Part shown: positions 1 to 10,332 of the stretch, one piece after another
Layout: each line of letters starts with the position of its first letter
Numbering within the stretch: position 1 is the first letter of the stretch
Assembly: GCA_965215565.1 (NCBI GenBank)
Contig: CBDCDZ010000004.1
Location: 3,072,001-3,136,000, forward strand
From: Trueperaceae bacterium
GTDB taxonomy: Bacteria > Deinococcota > Deinococci > Deinococcales > Trueperaceae
DNA: 64,000 bases
Direction of reading: 5' to 3'
The notes under the pieces: generated by a model
Database searches by the model: none
What the model was told of the DNA's origin: nothing
Seen by the model: only the letters and a program-made list of their open reading frames with translations
Translations under genes and position numbers: made by a program

Positions 1-182
1 TTGGCGTGACCCACACTCGCCACCGCGATGCCCGCCATGCAGTCGAGATACTCCTTGCCCTCCGCGTCCCAGAGCTTGACACCCTCGCCGCGCACGAAGA
101 CGATGTCGGGCTGCCACAGACCTGAATAGTGCTGCGCTTCGCGTTCTAAAATCTCTTGGGTACGGCTTCTCACCTGCGTCAT
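1..182 (-). CDS. lysJ: [LysW]-aminoadipate semialdehyde transaminase (class III aminotransferase), 5' part; runs off the window start
   Basis: Manual translation [60 protein letters not shown] has the class III aminotransferase N-terminal motif. GAGGAG RBS upstream. Lies directly downstream of lysZ. Confidence 0.8.
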   Translation of the reverse strand, partial: MTQVRSRTQEILEREAQHYSGLWQPDIVFVRGEGVKLWDAEGKEYLDCMAGIAVASVGHA

Positions 183-233
183 CTTGGCTCCTCGTTTAAC
201 GTAACCTCATGCGCTTGAACCTAAAAATATACA

Positions 234-1046
234 CTACGATACTACCGTACCCGCGCCCTCTAGCGCCCGCCGCACCGAACCTTCACCTCTCGCATCACCA
301 AACACCACACGCTTTACGCCCCCTTGCACCGCTTCGGCTGCGCCTAAAACTTTCTTCTTCATGCGGTCTTGGGCATACTCAAGATAGTCCTCCACCTCCC
401 CCGCTGGAATCTCACGAATCAAACTCGCCTCGTCGGGAAAGTCACGCAGCAGGCCGGGTACGTTGGAAAGGAGTAGAAGCGCGTCCGCTTGTAAAGAGGT
501 GGCGACAGCGGCGGCGGCGCGGTCGCCGTCTACGTTCACGGCGACGCCATCAAAGCTCGAGCCTGGCGGCGTTAAGACAGGCAAGTAGCCATTCTCGAGC
601 AAGAGGTTCAATAAATTCGTATTGACCCGCTCTACCGTCCCCGTATGGTCCCCGCGCAGCACTTTCGTCTTACCGTTCTCGACGCTCCGCACCTTATCTT
701 TGTGTTTCCCCTCAAAGATGCGCCCGTCCAGACCCGACAAGCCCACCGCGTTCACGTCCAACTTCTGCAACCGCTCCACGACGCCCTTATTCACCTTACC
801 GCAGTAGACCATCTCGAAAATCTCCAAGGTCTCGCGGTCAGTGAAGCGGCTGGTGTAGCCGCTCGGTGAGGTGACGAACTTGGGCGGATGACCCAACGCT
901 TCTGCGATACGGTTCGTTTCAGCGCTGCCGCCGTGCACCAAAATAAGTTTTTGCCCCTCTTTCCAGAGCGCGGCGACGTCTTCACATAAAGCGTCATAGT
1001 CGATACCTAAAGAGCCGCCGACTTTAACGACAATCATGGGAGTCAT
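234..1046 (-). CDS. lysZ: [LysW]-aminoadipate/glutamate kinase
   Basis: VVKVGGS, VHGGS and NVDGDRAAA motifs of the amino-acid kinase family; lysine pathway context. Confidence 0.92.
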   Translation of the reverse strand: MTPMIVVKVGGSLGIDYDALCEDVAALWKEGQKLILVHGGSAETNRIAEALGHPPKFVTSPSGYTSRFTDRETLEIFEMVYCGKVNKGVVERLQKLDVNAVGLSGLDGRIFEGKHKDKVRSVENGKTKVLRGDHTGTVERVNTNLLNLLLENGYLPVLTPPGSSFDGVAVNVDGDRAAAAVATSLQADALLLLSNVPGLLRDFPDEASLIREIPAGEVEDYLEYAQDRMKKKVLGAAEAVQGGVKRVVFGDARGEGSVRRALEGAGTVVS

Positions 1047-1450
1047 GGGAGGAGTTCCAGATAGCCGAGCGTCGGCGCTTGGACGAAGCTGAAGTGTTTG
1101 CGGTCTAGGGTCAAGACTCTTCTTATCTTGTGACGCTCAGCGAGCGCTACGATACTCGCATCTACAAAACCGATATCGGCGTCGGCGTAGCGCTCCATCA
1201 ACGCATAAGTAAGCTGAACATCTTGCAAGTCAGCGTTGAGAAACGGTATCTTTTCTTCCGCAACACCCGCTAAAAACCTCTTAGCAATCCGTGAACCGAA
1301 CCGTATGCTCGCCAGATAATCCACTTCGCAGAGGATGGCACTAGGAACAAGTAAGTCGGGCAAGTAGCGCTTCGTCTCCTCGTGGAGCACGTGGCGCGTG
1401 TCTAAAAGTGCCATAACACCACTTGTATCAGCGAGAATCAGCGGAATCAT
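1043..1450 (-). CDS. vapC: PIN-domain toxin (VapC family)
   Basis: LADTS...EVDY...GFVDASIVALAER...TLDRKHF acidic PIN motifs; overlaps the upstream antitoxin. Confidence 0.9.
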   Translation of the reverse strand: MIPLILADTSGVMALLDTRHVLHEETKRYLPDLLVPSAILCEVDYLASIRFGSRIAKRFLAGVAEEKIPFLNADLQDVQLTYALMERYADADIGFVDASIVALAERHKIRRVLTLDRKHFSFVQAPTLGYLELLP

Positions 1451-1724
1451 CCTGTTCGTGAGCGTTCCACTCCTTCATAACCCGCTCGTAGTCTTCCTCG
1501 ATGAGCCTCCCCAACAAAGCCTCATCCTCTTCTGCTGTGTAGGCACCCTCGCTACTCGCTATACCTACCCAATCGGGCACTTCGAAAGGCTTTTTCTCAG
1601 CCTCTTCGACATGCTCACCAAGAACCTCACGGATGAGTTCAGCTTTCGAGCGCCCCTGCTGCTTTGCTAGGCGCGTAAGTTTTAAGTCTGTCGGCTCTTC
1701 TAAATACACCGTCGTTCGTTTCAT
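1428..1724 (-). CDS. CopG/ribbon-helix-helix antitoxin (VapB-like)
   Basis: MKRTTVYL...LAKQQGRSKAELIRE RHH signature; start moved to the ATG at 1724. Confidence 0.85.
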   Translation of the reverse strand: MKRTTVYLEEPTDLKLTRLAKQQGRSKAELIREVLGEHVEEAEKKPFEVPDWVGIASSEGAYTAEEDEALLGRLIEEDYERVMKEWNAHEQDDSADSR

Positions 1725-1743
1725 GCCATATATGTTAGCACAC

Positions 1744-2172
1744 TTAAAGCGGCTCCCTCGCAACAGAAACCCGCTTCATCACCCGGTCACTCGTCGGTTT
1801 CTCAAAGCCAAACTGCGCATAGAGCGCGTGCGCGTCCTTCGTGCCGAGTTCCCAGCGACATGTGGAGAGGTCGGGGTGAGCGAGCACTGTTTTGACGAGC
1901 CACTTGCCAAGACCTCTTCCCTGATAGGACTCTAAGACAAATACATCCGCTAAGTATGCAAACGTCGCGTAGTCGGTAATGACCCTGGCAAAACCGATTT
2001 GCTTCTCTCCGTCATAGAGTCCAAAACATTCGGAATGCTGCAAAGAGGTTTCGATGACCTTTTTGGAGCGTCCCTTCGCCCAATAAGAACGCTCGAGATA
2101 ATCAGCAATGACGGCGGGCTTGAGCCTCTCCTTATCCGTGCTGACAGTGAACTGACCTTGCTGGACAAACAC
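1744..2172 (-). CDS. GNAT family N-acetyltransferase
   Basis: GFARVITDYATFAYLADVFV..YQGRGLGK acetyl-CoA binding motif. Confidence 0.9.
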   Translation of the reverse strand: MFVQQGQFTVSTDKERLKPAVIADYLERSYWAKGRSKKVIETSLQHSECFGLYDGEKQIGFARVITDYATFAYLADVFVLESYQGRGLGKWLVKTVLAHPDLSTCRWELGTKDAHALYAQFGFEKPTSDRVMKRVSVAREPL

Positions 2173-2729
2173 TAAAAACGGATGTCCTCGTAAATCTCTT
2201 CAACGCTGAGGGTCATGTCGGGGCACTCGAGCACAATCTGCTCTCCTTCAGAGACCTGCGCGTGTTGCCAGCGCCCTTCAGCGTCTAGCCAGTGGCGCTC
2301 GACGAGTTTTCTCTCCTGATGAATCAAGAGGTACGTTTGCAGGCTTTTCACGTGTTGATACGCAACGAGCTTCTCTCGCTTGTCGATATGCGCGGTGCTG
2401 TCCGATAAAACCTCAATGAGTAAGCAGGGCGCTGTTTCAAAAAGCGGGTCGCCTTCCTCTTCGTGACACGCCACCATGACATCGGGGTAGTAGAAGAGGT
2501 TATCAGCGGGTCGCATCTTGACATCTTCGGCGTAAACGCGGCAGGGCGTTCCTCTCGCGGCAAGCCACAAATATCCGCTTACATTTCTTACGATGAGGTT
2601 GTGCCTTTTCGTTGCACCCGCAAGCGTGTAGAGCGTTCCGGCAATATAATCGTGGCGCACCGAGGCTTTCTGTTCGAACTCGAGATACTCCTCCACGCTC
2701 AAGAAGTGGTCAGGCAGTGCGTAAGCCAT
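2172..2729 (-). CDS. Uma2 family (DUF820) endonuclease, copy 1
   Basis: SVEEYLEFE, YPDVMV, IEVLS.ST...DK.EK motifs; start MAYALP inferred by alignment with copy 2. Confidence 0.9.
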   Translation of the reverse strand: MAYALPDHFLSVEEYLEFEQKASVRHDYIAGTLYTLAGATKRHNLIVRNVSGYLWLAARGTPCRVYAEDVKMRPADNLFYYPDVMVACHEEEGDPLFETAPCLLIEVLSDSTAHIDKREKLVAYQHVKSLQTYLLIHQERKLVERHWLDAEGRWQHAQVSEGEQIVLECPDMTLSVEEIYEDIRF

Positions 2730-2819
2730 AACGCCAGTATAGATTATTCTTTGGCTCCCCGGCGCTAAGCTCGAGCCTCCTGTCCGTGCTGACAGTGAAC
2801 TGACCTCTTTCAACGAGTA

Positions 2820-3389
2820 CTAAAAGGTAAGACCCTCGTAGACCTCTTCAACGCTGAGCGTTACTTTAGGGCAATCTAAGGGAATTTGTCCACCCTCGGA
2901 AACCTGTGCATGTTGCCAACGCCCTTTGTCGTCAGTCCAATACCGCTCAACGAGCCTATTATCCTGATGCACGATGACATACGCTTTTAAGGTTTTGATC
3001 TGCTTGTAGGCTGCAAACTTTTCGCGTTTATCAATATGCGACGTGCTCTTCGACAACACTTCGATAAGCAAGCAAGGCTCCGTTTCATAGGTCGCTGTAA
3101 GGAGTGGGTCATCCCCCTCACCGTGGCACGTCACCATCACGTCGGGATAGTAGAAGAGGTCGTGGGTGGGGCGCACTTTGACCTCTTCGGAGTAGACGCG
3201 GCAAGGACCACCTCTCGAGGCTGCCATAAGCGCAAACATCAGATTGTTGATGATGAGGTTGTGACGCTTCGTCCCACCAGCAAGGGCGTAGAGCGTTCCA
3301 GCGACATATTCATGGCGCATAGACGCTTCTTCTTCAAACTCGAGGTACTCCTCTACACTCAAGAGGTAATTCAGCGGTGCGTAAGCCAT
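2820..3389 (-). CDS. Uma2 family (DUF820) endonuclease, copy 2
   Basis: Same motifs; close paralog of 2172-2729. Confidence 0.9.
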   Translation of the reverse strand: MAYAPLNYLLSVEEYLEFEEEASMRHEYVAGTLYALAGGTKRHNLIINNLMFALMAASRGGPCRVYSEEVKVRPTHDLFYYPDVMVTCHGEGDDPLLTATYETEPCLLIEVLSKSTSHIDKREKFAAYKQIKTLKAYVIVHQDNRLVERYWTDDKGRWQHAQVSEGGQIPLDCPKVTLSVEEVYEGLTF

Positions 3390-3403
3390 AGCACCAGTAT
3401 AGA

Positions 3404-4591
3404 TTATCCTTTTGCTCCAGCTTGCCACGCCGCTCTGGTCGCCTTATCTAAACCTCTCGGCAACTTGACCTTGTCCGCACCTAAATACCGCTTAAACCTC
3501 TTTACAGCGTCATCTAAAGAGGTCAATATCTCTGCATCAAGCTCTACACCCTCTTCCCACCACCAGCGGTAGAGATGCCAAGTGTCGTCCGTCAGCCTCG
3601 AGTCAAACCGCGCCACGAACCTGTCCCCGTAGAAGACGGGTAAGACGTAATACCCCCACTTCCGCTCCCGTTCAGGCTTGTAGACTTCCCAGACATAGTC
3701 GAAGTCGAAGAGGTGCGCCACCGCTTTTCGGTCCCATAGCAAACTGTCGAGCGGGGCGAGAAAGGTCATGCGGGGCTCGCCCCCAGGGTACTCGAGTGAA
3801 TTCAGAACGTGAGGCAAAGCGTGATAGGTTTGGGTGTCTATCTCGAGTCTAACCAACTCACCCTCTTGAACCAGAGTGTCAACAAGAGGTTTACGCGCCG
3901 TACTTCTAATCGGCGTCCACAGCGCCGCGTCTGCGTTGGGTCGCAATAGTCCGGTATTCTGATGGCGGCGCAAAACGATGTGACGGAGGCTTTCGTCTGC
4001 GCTGACCTCTCGCGCTAAATACCTCTCGGGGATGACCGCTTCAGGCAAACTGTAGACGTGCCGCCCTTTGTCGCGGTGATGGGTGACGATCTGCCCGGTG
4101 TACCAGAGCGCCCGCAAGATATTCTTGACGAGCTTAGGACCGTGCCACGAGCCGCGCCAATCCTTGATATGCGCTTGGTCGGTGAACTCTAAGGATGAAA
4201 GGGGACCTCTCTCTTCCAATTCGGTAAGCGTCACCTTCACTGCTTCTCGGTGCGGCTCTAACACCCGCTCAGACCAACGCGGTAAAAAGTGTGCGTGATA
4301 GAGCCTCCGGTACGCCCAATCTGACACGGGCACCAAACAGGCTTGCTTGTCCCAGGCGTCGTAAATCGAGCGCTCTCCAACCCGGTAAGCCACCTCTTCC
4401 CAAGCGCCCACTTCATAGTCTGGCACTCTCGCCTGCAAGACTAAATCGTGGTTTCGCCCAACCGGATTTAGGGGATCGTATTGAACACTGCCTAAACGTT
4501 CAAAAACACCTTTAATATCCGTTCGTGTGAAGTGATAGTTCGCCGTGAGGCGGCGGGCATCCGCTTTGGAGAGCGTTAAGACGTTCGGCAC
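3404..4591 (-). CDS. Winged-helix DNA glycosylase, AlkZ/YcaQ-like (crosslink repair)
   Basis: VQYDPLN (QxD), LAPLDSLLWDR, FDYVWEVYKP..RKWGYYVLP motifs. Confidence 0.85.
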   Translation of the reverse strand: MPNVLTLSKADARRLTANYHFTRTDIKGVFERLGSVQYDPLNPVGRNHDLVLQARVPDYEVGAWEEVAYRVGERSIYDAWDKQACLVPVSDWAYRRLYHAHFLPRWSERVLEPHREAVKVTLTELEERGPLSSLEFTDQAHIKDWRGSWHGPKLVKNILRALWYTGQIVTHHRDKGRHVYSLPEAVIPERYLAREVSADESLRHIVLRRHQNTGLLRPNADAALWTPIRSTARKPLVDTLVQEGELVRLEIDTQTYHALPHVLNSLEYPGGEPRMTFLAPLDSLLWDRKAVAHLFDFDYVWEVYKPERERKWGYYVLPVFYGDRFVARFDSRLTDDTWHLYRWWWEEGVELDAEILTSLDDAVKRFKRYLGADKVKLPRGLDKATRAAWQAGAKG

Positions 4592-4621
4592 GCCTCTATT
4601 TTACGTGCTTTTCCAAAGAGG

Positions 4622-5623
4622 TCAGGCTCTTGCGTCGGCGTACATGCGTCTATCAGCTTCGTGAAGAACGTGGTCTAAGGTCGTGTCAGCGTTGGCTTGC
4701 AGGGTGCCGATGCGGGCATCTACCCTGAGGGGGCCGATGCTCGAGACCACCAGCTCACAAAAGACCTCTCGCAAGCGCCTATCCAGATGACCCGAATCGC
4801 TCGCCACGATGAACTCGTCGCCGCCGTAGCGAAAGATGACGTCGCGGCTCCGCACCGTTCGTTTTAAGCGCTCAGCGATCACCGCGAGCACCTCATCCCC
4901 TACGCTGTGACCGTGACTATCGTTAATCTGCTTGAAACCGCGCAGGTCGATAAAGGCTACACTGCACCCTGAGCAACGCGCCATAAACGCATAGAGTTCA
5001 CGCACCCCGGCGCGGCGGGCGAGCACCCCTGTGAGTTCGTCGGTGCGGTGTTGGCGCTGTTCCCGCACCAGACCAAAGGCGATTACGCTCGCTAAGCTGA
5101 TGCTCAAGGTCTGCGTGAAGAGGTAGGTCAGCGGCATCGTCGTACTGGGTGCGTGAGAAACGAGGACGAGCCACGCGCCTACACTGTGGACGAGAAGTAA
5201 GAGCGGCGTCTCTTTGCGCAAATTCATCACCATGACCCCAATGAGCCACGCCGGGATGAGCGCCTCGAAACCGAGTTCGTGCGAAGGAAGATGCACCACC
5301 GCGACGAGCGCAGGTAAGTCACCGAGCGTAAGGAGCAGATCAGCGGCGTCATGATTGCGGCGGTAAAGAACGACTGCCAGCGTATAGATAAACGCGCTAC
5401 TCGCCACAGCAGCGAGCGCGTACGCCATGAAGTTCTTAGACAAGAAGAGGACGATAGTCGAGACGATAATCAGACGTAGACCGAGCCGGAGCGCAAAGGT
5501 GCGCGTTCGGCGCTTTTGCAACCCGAGGCTGATGTTCGGCAAATCGCTCATCGTGTCTAAGTTTACCCCGAAGTATTGAAATACTTCATACAATGTTACA
5601 TTTATCACTTCTGCCATACGCAT
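4622..5623 (-). CDS. Membrane-bound diguanylate cyclase (GGDEF); start uncertain
   Basis: Several N-terminal TM segments; DELTG, FKQINDSHGHSVGDEVL and RYGGDEF motifs. Confidence 0.88.
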   Translation of the reverse strand: MRMAEVINVTLYEVFQYFGVNLDTMSDLPNISLGLQKRRTRTFALRLGLRLIIVSTIVLFLSKNFMAYALAAVASSAFIYTLAVVLYRRNHDAADLLLTLGDLPALVAVVHLPSHELGFEALIPAWLIGVMVMNLRKETPLLLLVHSVGAWLVLVSHAPSTTMPLTYLFTQTLSISLASVIAFGLVREQRQHRTDELTGVLARRAGVRELYAFMARCSGCSVAFIDLRGFKQINDSHGHSVGDEVLAVIAERLKRTVRSRDVIFRYGGDEFIVASDSGHLDRRLREVFCELVVSSIGPLRVDARIGTLQANADTTLDHVLHEADRRMYADARA

Positions 5624-5681
5624 TTGTCACTTCAGCCTCAAAAGGTTGACATAATGGCTAAATCTTTGCTGAGCCCTGAGG

Positions 5682-6737
<1,056 letters not shown>

Positions 6738-6812
6738 CTAGTGTATCGGAGGCTCGAGTCAACGTTTGCAGCATGTCAAGGTTCTTTTGAGTTTCTATTC
6801 GCTATAGCGTGA

Positions 6813-7160
6813 CTAAGCTCGGTAGTTATCGTATTCCCAGTGCAACCACTTGTTAAGTTCTCTCGCGATTTGCTCCCACGATACGCCGCTCATATCGGCG
6901 CATAGCTCTTCAACAATCTCTTCAACTTGAGACCAAGAGAAATACTCGAGAAGGAGCCAGCCGCGTCCCCACTGATAGCCCGTGTAGTTCAGTAAAGCTT
7001 TCGGCGTAGTGACGATGAAAGAGAATACATCCGCGCCCTCTCCACCTTTTACACCGATGTCAACTTCGACGCGTAAGGAGCAGTTGTCGGGCTCGTCAGG
7101 CTCGCGCCCGTACTCGAGGTCTGGACTGAAAAAACCTTTGACTTCAAGAGTGAGTAGCAT
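6813..7160 (-). CDS. Immunity protein 8 (Imm8)-like
   Basis: IG..G.EGAD.F.F.V.TP....GRG.LL...W..IA.EL..WLHWEY pattern typical of Imm8; start moved to the ATG at 7160. Confidence 0.7.
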   Translation of the reverse strand: MLLTLEVKGFFSPDLEYGREPDEPDNCSLRVEVDIGVKGGEGADVFSFIVTTPKALLNYTGYQWGRGWLLLEYFSWSQVEEIVEELCADMSGVSWEQIARELNKWLHWEYDNYRA

Positions 7161-7173
7161 AACGAAAGCGCTT

Positions 7174-8172
7174 CTACGAATTTGACAGCGCGTCAATCAC
7201 CGCGTCCGTAAACTCTTCTGTATTCGCCTTGCCTCCCAAATCAGCCGTGAGCGGACCTTCTGCTAAAACCGTATCCACCGCCTTATCGAGCTTCTGCGCC
7301 GTCTCTTGTTCACCCAGATGCTCCAACATCAGCGCCGCCGTTAGGATCGTTGCGGCGGGGTTGGCAATCCCACGACCCATGATGTCGGGGGCGCTGCCGT
7401 GGACGGGTTCGAAGATGGCGTTCTCGAGCCCGATATTTGCGCTCGGCGCGAGTCCTAAACCGCCCACGAGCCCCGCCATCAAATCCGAGAGAATATCCCC
7501 AAAGAGGTTCGTCGTCACGAGCACGTCGAAGTTCTGCGGCTCGCGCACGAGCTTCATAGCGGCGGCGTCTACAATCACGTCGTAGGTTTCCACGTCGATA
7601 TAGTCTTTCGCCACGTTGACTGCCGACTCCAAAAAGAGCCCCGTCGTCAGCGGCAAGACGTTCGCCTTGTGGATGACCGCGAGCTTCTTGCGGCGTCTAC
7701 GCGCCTCTTCTAAGGCGACTTTCGCGATGCGCTCCGAGGCGCTTTTGGTAATCACCGTATCCGCAATCGCCACGTCTTCGTAGCGCCGCTCCTGCTCTAC
7801 ATAGAGCCCCTGCGTGTTCTCGCGCACCATGAGCATGTCCACGCCCTGAAGCGAGTCGGGGATCGGGCGCGACTTGGCGGGGCGCAAGTTGGCGAAGAGG
7901 TCCAAGTTACGCCGCATGTAGCGAATTGCGCCCTGAAAGCCGGGGACTTTCTTGCTCGGGCTGGTGAAGGCTCCGGCTAGGGTAGCGTCGGTGGCTTTAA
8001 TCTTCTCCAACGTGATGTCAGGAACGCTGTTGCCTGTTTTCTGGAAAGTGTCCCAACCCGCTTCGGCGTGACCGAACTCCAAGTCCAACCCCGTCGCCTC
8101 CAAGACCCGCTGCGTCGCCGGAACGACCTCTAAGCCGATGCCGTCGCCTGGAATAAGTAGAATTTTGTGCAT
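7174..8172 (-). CDS. Homoisocitrate dehydrogenase (isocitrate/isopropylmalate DH family)
   Basis: [20 protein letters not shown] and [11 protein letters not shown] motifs; lysine pathway context. Confidence 0.85.
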   Translation of the reverse strand: MHKILLIPGDGIGLEVVPATQRVLEATGLDLEFGHAEAGWDTFQKTGNSVPDITLEKIKATDATLAGAFTSPSKKVPGFQGAIRYMRRNLDLFANLRPAKSRPIPDSLQGVDMLMVRENTQGLYVEQERRYEDVAIADTVITKSASERIAKVALEEARRRRKKLAVIHKANVLPLTTGLFLESAVNVAKDYIDVETYDVIVDAAAMKLVREPQNFDVLVTTNLFGDILSDLMAGLVGGLGLAPSANIGLENAIFEPVHGSAPDIMGRGIANPAATILTAALMLEHLGEQETAQKLDKAVDTVLAEGPLTADLGGKANTEEFTDAVIDALSNS

Positions 8173-8182
8173 AAGTCACCTC

Positions 8183-8295
8183 AAAAAATGAGGGGATAAC
8201 GTGTCCCCGTCTAAATAGTTTAGTCCGCGCCCTAAGCGCAGACCTTTTCTTCTTACGCTACCACGCTAGGAGAATGCGAATGTGCGCTTTTTCAT
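8183..8295 (-). promoter_or_regulatory. Candidate Lys-responsive attenuator: leader peptide MKKRTFAFS (8295-8266), hairpins and a U-tract terminator
   Basis: ATG AAA AAG CGC ACA TTC GCA TTC TCC TAG; downstream hairpin GTCTGCGC-TTAGG-GCGCGGAC; then GGGGA-CACGTTA-TCCCC followed by TCATTTTTT just before the dehydrogenase RBS. Confidence 0.45.
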
Positions 8296-8357
8296 GGTGA
8301 GGGGTCTCGAGTCTTGCTCTATACGGTTAAAAAAGATCGCGAGAACGTGTTCGTTAT

Positions 8358-9041
8358 TCAGGACGAGAGGGGAACTAACGCTAACTGCAGTAGATAAGGA
8401 CGACGCGACGGTGCTTTCTCGAACTTACTGTCCAGCCGCAACCTATAGAGGTGGCTGAGTAACGCTTTCGCTTCTTCGTCAGTGAGGTGCAGCGTGTCGG
8501 AGAAAAGCTCGGTGGGCGCACCTTCGGCAACGTCACCACTATAGGGTAGCTGAGGCAGGAGGTCATAGTTGAGCGTGTGGGTGTCACTCTTAGCAGTATG
8601 TGCGCTCACTTCGCCGTCTTTGCCGCGAAAGATGCGCCGCCCGCGTCGGTTCAGCGCGTGTACGAAACGTGCCAACTCCCTAGCAATCACGTCTTCATGC
8701 GCGCGGAGCGTACTCCGCGCCTCCTCTTCAAAATCGGCGAAAGGCGTAGCGCTGAAAGGAATGAAGTAGGTGTCGTGCACGGAGCGGTAATACTTGACGG
8801 ACCTGCCCGCGCGCTTCTCGGCGCGAACGACGTGGAGCAGCCCGGCTTTCAAAAAGGTTCTGACGCGGTAGAACATCGTGTCTACCTTGCAACCAACCTC
8901 TTTGGCGGCGCAGCTCACCGTGCAGTCTCGCGCCAGAAAGGGTGCGAAGTACCGAAAGCTGGCGTGCTCGCTGAGGAGTTTCGCTTGTTTCTCATCGTGC
9001 ACCGTATAGGCTGGCTCACCGCTGTAATTGACCTCTTCCAT
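8358..9041 (-). CDS. HTH (ArsR-like) transcriptional regulator, paralog A
   Basis: TVSCAAKEVGC...YRVRTFLKAGLL HTH; leaderless TACGCT-7nt-ATG start. Confidence 0.75.
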   Translation of the reverse strand: MEEVNYSGEPAYTVHDEKQAKLLSEHASFRYFAPFLARDCTVSCAAKEVGCKVDTMFYRVRTFLKAGLLHVVRAEKRAGRSVKYYRSVHDTYFIPFSATPFADFEEEARSTLRAHEDVIARELARFVHALNRRGRRIFRGKDGEVSAHTAKSDTHTLNYDLLPQLPYSGDVAEGAPTELFSDTLHLTDEEAKALLSHLYRLRLDSKFEKAPSRRPYLLQLALVPLSS

Positions 9042-9072
9042 TTCAAGTAGCGTAGCATTCAGGCTGAGGGGT

Positions 9073-10332
9073 GTGAACGCTCCTCTCACACTCACACAAC
9101 TTAGACGGCGCTATTTCATCATCACGTCACTGTTTTGGTTCGCCACCGTGCTGCCTACCGCCATTCTCGTGCTCTTCGCGCAAGCGAGAGGGTTGGACCT
9201 CTTGCAAGTGGGGTTCGTTTTCGGGGCGTATACGCTGACGATTGTGCTGCTCGAGGTCCCCACGGGTGGCTTGGCTGATACGGTCGGGCGCAGGCGTGTG
9301 ACGCTCATCGCCATCGGCGTCACCGTCGCAGCGCAACTCGTGCTCGTTAGCGCGTTTTCATTCCCGCAGTTTCTAGCGTTCGCCGTTCTCGGCGGCGCGG
9401 GGCGGGCGCTCATCTCAGGTGCGCCCGAGGCGTGGTTTGTCGACGGGCTCAAAGCTGTGGATGACGACATCGATATCCAGCCACATTTAGCTCAAGCTGA
9501 AGTCTTCTCGACGGTATCATTAGCTTTAGCGACGCTTTTAGGCGGCTTTCTGCCCGACTGGTTCGCGTTTTTGCCCCCCGCCGAAACCACGCTTCTGCCG
9601 CCCCTCGGCGTGCCTATCTTAGCCTCAGCACTGTATTTCTGCGTACTCGGCGGCGTTGTAATAGCGTTGATGCGTGAGGTGCGCTCCAAAGGCGACTCGA
9701 ATAGCGCGGGTGCAACGGGCTTATTTAACCTCCTGCAAGAAGCGTTCGCGCTCAGCGTGAAGTCCCGGACGATTCTGCTGATTCTGCTCGCCAGCGTCTT
9801 CGGCGGTTTCGTCACGAGCGGGCTCGAGACCTTTTGGCAGCCCTTTTTCAAATCGCTCTTAGGCGAACGCGAGGGCAGCACGTACCTCTTCGGCGTCATC
9901 CTGGCAGGTAGCTTCGCCTTGGCGTCGCTCGGGAGTCTCGCGTCTATTTGGCTGAGCCGTGTGTTTAAGCAGCGCTACGCTCTAGTCGCTGCGGTTGCAG
10001 AGGTCGGACAACTCGGCTTTGTGCTCCTACTCGCTGTGCAGACCAACGCGCTGGTTGCTGCGCCTCTCTTTTGGCTGGTTTACTTTAGTCGCGGCGCTTT
10101 AGCGTCGCCGCAAGCGACGCTACTCAACAATGAAGTCAGTGACGAGAAACGCTCCTCGATCCTCTCCATTCGGTCACTCGTTTTTTCCTTGGGTTTTTTC
10201 TTGGGCAGCGTGAGCTTGGGATATTTGGCGGACACCTTTTCTATCCGCGTGGCTTGGTCTGTTGCCGGAGCTTCTCTTCTCATCGCGGTCGGTTGCTACT
10301 GCGCTATTTTCGTACAGAATAAAGAAGATTAG
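9073..10332 (+). CDS. MFS transporter, paralog A
   Basis: ~12 TM segments; EVPTGGLADTVGRR (MFS motif A); GTG start at 9073 inferred. Confidence 0.88.
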   Translation: MNAPLTLTQLRRRYFIITSLFWFATVLPTAILVLFAQARGLDLLQVGFVFGAYTLTIVLLEVPTGGLADTVGRRRVTLIAIGVTVAAQLVLVSAFSFPQFLAFAVLGGAGRALISGAPEAWFVDGLKAVDDDIDIQPHLAQAEVFSTVSLALATLLGGFLPDWFAFLPPAETTLLPPLGVPILASALYFCVLGGVVIALMREVRSKGDSNSAGATGLFNLLQEAFALSVKSRTILLILLASVFGGFVTSGLETFWQPFFKSLLGEREGSTYLFGVILAGSFALASLGSLASIWLSRVFKQRYALVAAVAEVGQLGFVLLLAVQTNALVAAPLFWLVYFSRGALASPQATLLNNEVSDEKRSSILSIRSLVFSLGFFLGSVSLGYLADTFSIRVAWSVAGASLLIAVGCYCAIFVQNKED

